Under the pieces are notes generated by a model. The model saw only the letters and a list, made by a program, of their open reading frames with translations. It did not search any database and was not told where the DNA came from. Source: Octopus bimaculoides (lineage: Eukaryota). From it: a DNA stretch of 64,000 nt. Shown one piece after another: positions 53,965-64,000 of the stretch (position 1 is the stretch's first letter; the number at the start of each line of letters is the position of its first letter). Position numbers and translations under genes: made by a program. The stretch is from positions 136,292,752 through 136,356,751 of the forward strand of contig NC_068981.1 of NCBI RefSeq assembly GCF_001194135.2, read 5' to 3'.

Positions 53965-54170
53965 GCTGGTTTCCTAGTTTCTCTAGTAAATAAATTCCTC
54001 CTTGAATGGGACACCAGTCCATCACAAGATTAACTCCTTTTTACCAGCTGAGTGGACTGGAGCAGCATGAAATAAAATATGTTGCTCAAGAACACAACGC
54101 ATTGCCCAGTCCAGGAATTGAAACCATAATCTTACAATCACACCCTAACCACTAAGCCATATACCTCCAC
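53965..54170 (-). mobile_element. tRNA-derived SINE
   Basis: Reverse complement of the head ggaggtatatggcttagtggttagggtg...ggtttcaattcctggactgggc. Confidence 0.75.
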
Positions 54171-55249
54171 TCTTCTACCTTAAATAGTATGGTAATATTG
54201 AAGCTATTAAATATATATCTATGCAAAGTGTATCTATCAAGTTACAGAGAGAAACCTTCATCTTTGTTTTATATCCATGCAGTTTTTTTTCTAATATTCT
54301 ATGGCTATGTATTAGCAATTACTACGCTGGCATTTACTACGACCAGATTTTTTTTGTAATTCTAATCACCATAGAAAAAAATGATGAAAATCTGACAATG
54401 TGTTAGTAATTTCAGTATAAAAAGAAAATTGTAACATTTTTATACAAACTAAATTCATGGTTTTATAGTTCTTTAATTGGAACTGAAATTAATTTTGATG
54501 CAGCAGTGATTACTTTTCTATTTGCAAAAGAGTTTGATTTTCCTTTCATTAGATATCAATTATAAATTTAATATTGTGCATGTGTGTTTGTTGATTGAAA
54601 AGCTGAGCATATAGTTTGATGCTTAATGTCTAACAGACAATCCAAACATCAGCATGTAACATTAGTACGTAATATTAGCTGAATAGTTTTTAAAAATACT
54701 CTTTGGAGGATACTGTTTCTTCTAAGCAGAATACATAAAATATCTAGTAAGTTTGATGTGATTTTGGAACTCTAATTTTATTCAGTTTTGTATCCATAGT
54801 TATTACAAAGTCATGAGCAGTTCTGCCTGAACACACATATGTGGTTAATATACATCTGTTTTGCCATGCTAGCATGAGCTGGACAAATACTTTTTGTTGA
54901 GGTATTATTTTACATCCAGGTGCTCTTCCTGTGGCTAACCTTTAACTGATCTTTAAGATTTTCTTTTTTCCACTTCAAAAGTACAGAGCTACTAGATTTG
55001 TAAACAGGTGATGATAACTTAATATCATTGCTTTTACTCAAAGGATTTCATGCAAAGATGCAGAATATTAGCATAAACATGCATGCATGCACATGGCTTC
55101 CTTATGGTTACCAATTCCCCTCATGTGACATTAGCCAACCTGAGCCTAGAGTGGAGAATATTTGCCCAAGGTACTGTATAGTGAGATAGAACTTGAAACC
55201 ATAGCTGCAAAGCAAACTCCATATCTACCACTAGGACATGTCAGCATAT

Positions 55250-55345
<96 letters not shown>

Positions 55346-56642
55346 CTGTCACATTTCCCATAAGGATTAGTCCACAGGCACTGATCCTCTCATGCCACTA
55401 GATTCACATTCACCATTTGTCCTTTTCTATGGTCAGGTCAGCAGCCATGTGAAATTTAGCATTTGACAAGTTCGTCAGCATCAGCATGAAGAATTAATAT
55501 TTTTCACAGTTATTCTTGCTTAAAATTTTGTAACTCTTATTTTGCAATTCAAAAGATTGGCTTGTGATATAATTTTTCTTACAGTATGTCTAAATCAAAA
55601 TTCATCATTTTTAATATAGAATGCCATCTATTGAAGTCTGTGTTTTGAAATTTATTTCTCAGAAATTAAACATGAATACAAATCCTCTTCTATTATTATC
55701 CATTTCTTACTACTATATAACAAAACTGAGTGAATGTTTTGAAAAGAGACCTTTTAACTTTGTTATTGACTGAATAATTTCATATGTTTGTCTGGTGCTA
55801 CCGGAGCCATTGGCATCTTTGTCTAAAAGCATCTCTGGTCTGTCACTCACATTCAAGAAATGATCTACATTTGGTAGAAAAATATGGAGTTAGTAGCAAA
55901 AAATTTGTTGAGTAAGTTAAGTAGATTGGCTGGAAATATTCTGGTTGGTTTGTGTGTGTGGAATCCATTATCTGTAGACTATTCAGTATAGTTGCTGGAA
56001 CCTTGTTTTATAGAATTTCACTCTTTTGTTACTGAGCTTTTGGTGAGTAGGTTCTTGATATTGGGTGTAGCTCTGAGTTCTGATGGTTTTGGCATTTCTT
56101 TTGGCTTCACATTCCAAATTCAAATGCCATTGTGATTGACTTTGCTATTCATCCTTTCGAGGTGGATAAAATATGTACCAGTTGAGCACTGGGGTCAATA
56201 TAACCAAATGAACTCCTCTACTTAAATTTCAGGCCTTGTGCTTTTATTAGAAAGAATTACTATTCCTTTCAAAAAAGTTATGTCACACTCTCCTCCCCCC
56301 ATCCCTCTCAATATGACTGCTTAGAAAAACTTACCTTGAAGATTCAGTTATATATAAAAGACTGATTTAGGACAGTTAGCGATTACAGCAAGTTATTTCT
56401 AGCAAAATACTTTTATTTCTACTGACATATGAAGAGCAATGATAATTTCGCAAATTGTTTGAAGGGGAAGGATGGATCAGGGGTGAACATTTGCTTCTGA
56501 ATATTATCTATTTTCTATTTTGGAAAACTTTTTGTATCATCCAAAGATACTTGAAAAGTTTAATACTTATTCCATTTTGGCGCCCACTTATCAGAATGTC
56601 TAGATCTGGTCTAGATGGTTTTAGAAAGAAATATTTGTTGTT

Positions 56643-56673
<31 letters not shown>

Positions 56674-58025
56674 NNNNNNNNNNNNNNNNNNNNNNNNNNN
56701 NNNNNNNNNNNNNNNNNNNNNNNNNNNNNNNNNNNNNNNNNNNNNNNNNNNNNNNNNNNNNNNNNNNNNNNNNNNNNNNNNNNNNNNNNNNNNNNNNNNN
56801 NNNNNNNNNNNNNNNNNNNNNNNNNNNNNNNNNNNNNNNNNNNNNNNNNNNNNNNNNNNNNNNNNNNNNNNNNNNNNNNNNNNNNNNNNNNNNNNNNNNN
56901 NNNNNNNNNNNNNNNNNNNNNNNNNNNNNNNNNNNNNNNNNNNNNNNNNNNNNNNNNNNNNNNNNNNNNNNNNNNNNNNNNNNNNNNNNNNNNNNNNNNN
57001 NNNNNNNNNNNNNNNNNNNNNNNNNNNNNNNNNNNNNNNNNNNNNNNNNNNNNNNNNNNNNNNNNNNNNNNNNNNNNNNNNNNNNNNNNNNNNNNNNNNN
57101 NNNNNNNNNNNNNNNNNNNNNNNNNNNNNNNNNNNNNNNNNNNNNNNNNNNNNNNNNNNNNNNNNNNNNNNNNNNNNNNNNNNNNNNNNNNNNNNNNNNN
57201 NNNNNNNNNNNNNNNNNNNNNNNNNNNNNNNNNNNNNNNNNNNNNNNNNNNNNNNNNNNNNNNNNNNNNNNNNNNNNNNNNAAAAAAAAAAAAAAAAAAA
57301 AACTAATGTTGTGAAAGGAGCATCTGTTTTAATATTATTTTATTTGCTTGCCAATCTACCTATTAACAAAGTAGATAATTAAAACAATTACCTTTGTTTT
57401 CTAGATCAGGTAGACTGTTTCTTCATTCTTTGTCTTACGAAAATTTAATTTTGACTTTACATTTTTTTTTTTTTAATGGATCTTGTAGTTCCATTTACTG
57501 TTCTATGATTGAACTTCACAACTTCAATGTTTTCAAGTAGACAAGGAAGTAACCTAGTTCTCTGATAATGAGGCAAATCAAAAACTATATTTAGGATACG
57601 GGGCTAAAGATGCTTTGAAACTTATATATAACATTTGTGTTTTCTTAATTTGTCAGAATAATGTAAGATTCCACAATTGCAACAGTATTGACAATAATAG
57701 AAGTTAGCTCCATTCAAGGAGATAATTTTTTTTTCTTTTTACCGATTGCAACCATTGCACTTTGGATATGATGCAATTTTCTTTTAGGATAGACATGCAT
57801 TACATTTCTGTTTATTTTTTCCTATACATACTAAGCTTTTGTTTACGCAATTATTTAACAAATTGTTAGAAATAAATGTTCCTTTCCAGCTGAGTATAGA
57901 ACAGTAAAATAACCATCATATAAGACAAGATGTTGGTCCTGATGACAACTATTTATTAAAAAAATTTTGGCAAAATAACAATAGTATATGCAGGTTCAAT
58001 TCTTTATGGCACATGGGAATTTTGC

Positions 58026-59020
58026 CACACATATGGAGGTACGTGGCTTAGTGGTTAAGGTGTTGGACTCTTGATCGTAAGATTGTGGTTTTGATTCCTG
58101 GATCTTGAGCAAAACACTTCATTTCATGTTGCTCCAGTCCAGGTGAGGAATATATATGCTATGAAACTGGGAAACCAGCCCTTATGAGTTGGTATGACTT
58201 GAAGTTACTTTTTTTTTTTCCTGCATACCACTCAGTCTCTCTTTTACTTAATGTATTTGATGTAGATATTTGTCATTGTCCAACAAAACTTCTGCTAAGG
58301 GTAATTATTTGAAGGTTATGTTTCTCAGTTATTCCGAACAATAAAAATCAGTTACTATTAACAGATTTTAATCAATTCTTAAATTTTAATGAATAGAATA
58401 ATATAAACAAATTTTTATTCTTTATGAGTGTAAATTAAAGAAGAAAAAAAGCTTGTTACTTACTGCCCTATCCTGTGAAGTAATCCATATCCAAACTAAA
58501 TTATTTTCAGACCCTACTAGTAGGGCATGTGCTCCATCTCGAGTAACACTTATCTGGAATTTGAAAGAGTTTGAGACTTTCCAGAGATTATAGACTAAAG
58601 TATCAGTGATTTCCTTTTCTCTTCTCCTAAACTATCCTAGAAGTCATTTGGAGAGTTAATTTATCAACCAAATAGAATTGGTTGAATATGGCTGTGTGGT
58701 TAAGACACTTGCTTTGTAGTCTTGTGATTTCAGGTTCAAAACCAGTGTGTCACTTTGGGTAAGTGTCTTTTAATAAAGCCCTGGGCTGATAATGGCTTGT
58801 GAGTAAATTTGGTATATGGAAACTGTGGAAGTTCAGTGTGTTTTTTCTTCACACTACTTGATATCAGGCGTTGGTTTATTACAACCCTGTGACTTAGCAG
58901 TTCAGTGAAAAATCAACAGAATAAGTACCACTCTTGAAAAAAAAGTTCTGGGGTTTGTTCTATTAAAATCCCTCAAGGGAGTGCCATAATATGGTTGCAG
59001 TTAAATGGCTGAAAAAGTAA
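58026..59020 (+). mobile_element. Two SINE copies (~58026-58200, ~58685-59020)
   Basis: tRNA-like heads ggaggtacgtggcttagtggttaagg and atggctgtgtggttaagac with the matching family bodies. Confidence 0.75.
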
Positions 59021-60889
59021 AAGCAATAATCACTTGCTTGAATTTTATGAGCCTTTCTATCCAGTTTATCATTTTGTAATACTTTTATCCTGAAAATGTG
59101 TTAGAGAATTTTGGAAGGAGAAGCACTTTTTCTTACAAAAAAGAATTACAATATTTTTGATTTTATTTCTAGGCTTGTTTGGAGGAAAATCTAACTTTTA
59201 GAAATGAAAGGTACTTCAAAATATTGGAAATCATTTTGATGCTTTGAAGTACATGGTTTTCTATAATTCTTTGAGCTTTAAAATCATTTTATATTAAAAC
59301 ATTTTTTCAGTAATATTATTAATCTTGTGATGCATGTTGTCCAGCATGAGAGTAATCTCTTAGCAAGACAAGACTAGGATGGGTTATCAATTCCTTCTTC
59401 AGGTAATTTCTCTAATACAATGTTTTGGGGAAAATTGAGAACTCCGTTTCTAATTTCTGTGTGTTAGGGATCAAAAATCATTAGTTTTTTTTTTTTCTTC
59501 TCTGTACTGGTGTAGGTTAGGTGAGCCTTATTGAAGGAATATTCTATAGTTGCATGTTCTTTCTGTTACCAATCCTTACCTGCTTTTCAAACCTCTGAGC
59601 TATAGAACATTGTTTAAAGATGCTGACATGACATCACTGTTGCCTAAATGATGTCATGTGAACATACATAGATATAAACACTTGCACATTCAAACATATG
59701 CATATATAAGATTCCATGGAGTTTCTTCCTATAAAATTCACTCAAGCTTGAGGCTGTAATAGAAAATGTGTTTCCTAAGGTGCAATGCTATGGAATGCTA
59801 CCTGAAAATGCATACTTACAAAGTGAGCTTCATCACCACATAATATCTCCATCTATTTCTACAAAAACAAGCAAAAATAAAGAAGAAATCTGGTCTTTTT
59901 AATAAAAGAAACGGGATGGGAGGGATAATTAGAATCCTCTTTAAAGAGATTTTAATTTTTTATTTTTCTAATTTGACTAATGAAAAATCATACGTCAAAA
60001 ATTTTAAAATCTGCAAATAGTAACCAATCTTTATTGATAAAATTTATTCAGTTGCTGAAATTCTATCTACCCATCAGCAAAATAGTTTAAAATTTTTATA
60101 CAGCAATTCAGATAAAATGTTAGATCTGAAACAAATCTTAAGCAGTGATTTATTAAAAAAATAGACATATCACATTTTTAGCTTTATAACTTAATTTTTT
60201 AAATGTTTGGATTTTTTTTTTTTTTTTTTTTTTTATGAAGTCAACTTTGTGTTTGAATATCAAGTTTTTCTGGGGGTTTTTTAAAATCACAAACACCAAT
60301 TAATTTTAGTGAAACTAATTTTAACAGACATCATTGGCATAATTTCTCAACCCTTTATTCTGTTGAAATATTTCACTGAAGCTAAACTTAATCGAATGAG
60401 AATGTTATATTAACCTGATCAAAAGAATGTAGTTCTTAGAATTTTAGTTAAGAAATAAGTCTCACTTGCATTAAGGAAGTAGAATACATAATCTGAAAAT
60501 ATTTAACATTTAAAATTTTTTCTTAAGATTCTGAAATCATTTTTGTGTATAATTTAGTGTTTATAGTATTAAAGATGCTAATATTATAGAAATGTTATAT
60601 AAAAGATGCTTTATTGCTGTGATATTGATTAGTTTAACACTTTCAATGCTCTAATGTTATTAGAGGAAGGTGTGAAATGACAAATGGTTAAGTGTCACAT
60701 AATTCTATGCCATATTTAATTATACTGGTTTTCATTTTTTGGCTTACCATCCCCAGAGGGATGACAGGCAAGTAATATACATAATGTGTGTATAATTGTG
60801 TGTGTGTGTTTGTATTTTCATACACAAAGTAATATACTGAATGTTTATTGGTCAACCACGCTTTATAAATTTGTAGACCTATGCATTTA

Positions 60890-62375
60890 ATTTGAAGAGT
60901 AGCAGGACTTGTGACAATTTTTAGGGTCCTGATAGACTCTGTAAGAAAACTTATAAGTAGGTAGTCATTTCTAGGGAGTATAGTTGTGAAGAAGGATTGA
61001 ACAGTGTTTAGAAATAGGCAGTAAGAGCAAAAGATGTAGATGTAGCAAACAGTCCTGAAAGGAGTTAAATATTTAGCTTAGTATTTCAGGAAAGCAGAAG
61101 CCATTGTTGTAGATGTTGAACAGACAGTTGCAACCATTTCTTTGTTCTAGTGATTGTAGCAGGTTAGCAAATAAGAATCATTTTGTGTAGGTAAGCAGGA
61201 TTGTTCATAAAACCTGAAGCTTAACAAGACAGGTGTCTGTTGGAAATGTTGCCGGGAGATGAATAACAAGCAGACCAAAATGAAACCTTGGCAGAAGTCC
61301 ATCATGGGAAATACATATTGTATGTGATTAATAGCAGTGAGCCTAAATTAGTATTCTGTCATAAGAGAAATAGCTTTCAGCTTGAAAGTTGTCTGGGGAA
61401 AAAATCTTGGTGATTTAATGTTGGAGATTCTGTTAGTTTCACACATTTTTCTTTGTAAGATTATTAATATATCTTGTAAATATTAATGTGGTTTAACATT
61501 TTTGGTCAGGTTGGTTGGATTCAGAATTATGTGTAGTTCCATTATTTACTAAGATATAACGGCTTAGGTTATGGTAATGAGTTTACTGCTGTTGTGACAC
61601 TTTCATTTCTTCAATATACATAAAATAAATTCCAGTAGTAGCATGCATATTAATGATAATCCCTTGGGTGGGGGGAATCCATTTTTCTCAGAAGAAATAT
61701 AAAGTATTTCATACAATTTAGGTTTTTTTTTTTTCTGTCTTAATCTGAGTCTCTTCTTTGTTTGCAAGACAGAGGTTGCTGGGCTGGGTAATGTGAGCGT
61801 AAGGTTTAGATTAGTTTGGTGCAGATGAGTGACTGAGAAAGATTTCTAAAGGTGTGATTGGGAAAGATACAAAATTAGGGAGTCTGATAGATTAGGCACA
61901 AAGGTAGTAGGAAGAGATTAGGCACTGAATTTCTAAATAGAGGTAGAATGAGTAAATAGGTTTTAGAGAGTGGGGGATATGTATAAAAAAGAAAATTAAA
62001 AAAAAGGAAATATGCAACTGGTTGTTTACAACCAGTGTTACATATTTATATATTTTTATGGTTTTGGGTGGGAAGAGACCCAGTTCTCAAGACCTCAGCA
62101 GACCCTCCGAAACTGTTATTGGTGTGGTTGATGATCAATTTTATTAGTTATGAGTTGATGCCTGGTGAGAGTACTGGGAATTCTTGAGAGTTGGCATCTT
62201 TATGTGGAAGGACTGGATAAAATAGTAAAAGGTTGGGTTTGAGAAGGGATACAAAATGGGTTGCTCTAGAAAGGGATGAGGAAGGCTTAGGTGAATGTGG
62301 TATGCTGTAGTTTAGTGGTTCCCAACCCTTTTATTTAAATGAGTTTTCTCATGGACCCCTTTTAATATGCTTATC

Positions 62376-62463
<88 letters not shown>

Positions 62464-63190
62464 GAAATTTTGAATTTTGTTCACTGACCCCCAGTACTTT
62501 GTGGACCCCAGGTTGGAAACCACTACTACAGTTAGTTCTGAGAAGAAATTTGTGGTGTGAGCTAAAGGCTAGAGTTTGTCGGCCAGTGACACTTTGTTAA
62601 TCATTTGGTTTCCACTTGAATACAACCAAAGATATTTTCATGTATAGCAGCATCACCACCTTTGCAAATGTGAGGATTATTACCTTGTGGGATTCATGTG
62701 CTTTTCGCATAGCATCAGCAGCTACTTAGAATGAAAGTATCTTTTTGCTTTAGTCTTTGGAATGCAAGTTTTTGCTCTGATGTGAGTGGAATTACAAAGA
62801 GAATCATTGGTGCTTGTGATGCCTTGTATCTGTGGTGATTTGTGGATCTTAATTTTTAACTGTCCATGGTTAGAAAAGCTGAATTTCCTTGATCTGTGAT
62901 TCTTTGGATTATTATTGTAGGATATGCTGTTATGTCTCCATTAGAAGAGTCTTTATTCCTGGTAGCAGTGTAGGTTTGACAAAGGATATGAATGATGCCT
63001 GTGTTTGTAGAAGGTTAAGGAAGAGTGGGGGTGGGGTTATCTATTGGCGTGAGTATTACTATAACCAATTTAAATTGGATCTTCAGTATACAACAGTGGA
63101 AACTGAGCAACATAAATTGAACCTTGGGAATACCTAAGTTAATGAAGTGTGGGTCAATGAGTCTCATCTAAATGCATTACAATGATACAA
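60890..63190 (-). mobile_element. Degenerate CR1/L2-like LINE ORF2 remnant
   Basis: The - strand gives QRNGCNCLFNIYNNGFCFPEI (61083-61144), resembling the HRRxVxxLxLFYRYYNG C-terminal motif, plus weaker RT- and linker-like pieces. Many stops and frameshifts. Confidence 0.6.
62313..62525. mobile_element. hAT (Charlie-like) MITE nested in the LINE, containing (TG)n(TA)n
   Basis: 15-bp TIRs tagtggttcccaacc / ggttggaaaccacta; 8-bp flanks ctgtagtt / ctacagtt (6/8 identical). Confidence 0.8.
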
Positions 63191-64000
63191 TGTTAGAAAG
63201 CTTCCAACACAAACTAGTTGGATAGAATCCATAGACAAGTAGTTCAGCCAGTGTTATTGAAGTAGAACTTTTTTTTTTCTCCTTAAAGAATTTAGAGTTA
63301 CATAACCTATTTAACTTGTTTATTTACTTTTAAACCTTGTCCAGTTATATTGAGCAGTTTATTTCTGGTATTTTAGACGTGTACATTTTTCTACTAGTAA
63401 TTTTCTAACGAGAAATTCTTTCTCCTTTGTTTTGAACTTGAACTGTAACCAAAATATAAATTTGCAAACATTTTTACATTGCAGGAGGAAACCTGTTTTC
63501 CTAATTTTAGCCCATACTGTTTTATTATAGTCTATTATTTTAAGGAATTCTTTAGATAGCAAGCTAACCAGTTTTGTGAGTTTCGCCTTCTAGTTAGCTC
63601 AGTAATTTGACTGAGTATCCTCTCGTGAAGATGAGATTTTGGCACATCATGAACTTTTCCCCTAAAAAAAGATCTCCAAATATCACCCCAGGTCCAATAT
63701 GCAAAGTTGCTTTATTACATGCTTTAACACTAAACTTTTTCCTGAATATGCATTGCTGAAATTGGCTTCATCTAGTACGATTGTGCATCTTTTATGCCAT
63801 CAAATATGGTAGTTACTAATTATTAGTCTTACATCTTAAATTTTTCTAGGGTTATGCATTTGTTTCTGTTGGATTTTTATATACACTGAATATTAATGTA
63901 GATAGGTTGGAAGTATATAAAATTCTTCATTTTTATTCCATTGAGCTTGGACAAATCATTAGTATCTTAGCTGAAGCACATATACAGGATAATAAACATT

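Overview
AT-rich animal genomic DNA from a gapped draft assembly (5 N-gaps). The tRNA-derived SINE families, MITEs and microsatellites match those I recognise from octopus (coleoid cephalopod) genomes. The window is almost entirely intronic or intergenic, and no ORF in the supplied track is a credible complete gene. One strongly supported + strand coding exon (31156-31262) encodes a degenerate EF-hand, calmodulin-like segment. A probable next micro-exon lies at 49060-49092, one of three similar short motifs. Other notable items: a full-length decayed U6 snRNA copy with an upstream TATA box and a fused SINE 3' tail (9681-9842); a minimal Penelope-type hammerhead ribozyme on the - strand (5140-5180); a ~600 bp local duplication carrying a foldback inverted repeat; MITEs with hAT, Tc1/mariner and piggyBac signatures; and decayed LINE remnants. 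I found no evidence of a new multi-gene system. The best leads are small RNA and splicing features. Family names come from recall, not database searches, and SINE/LINE boundaries are approximate.
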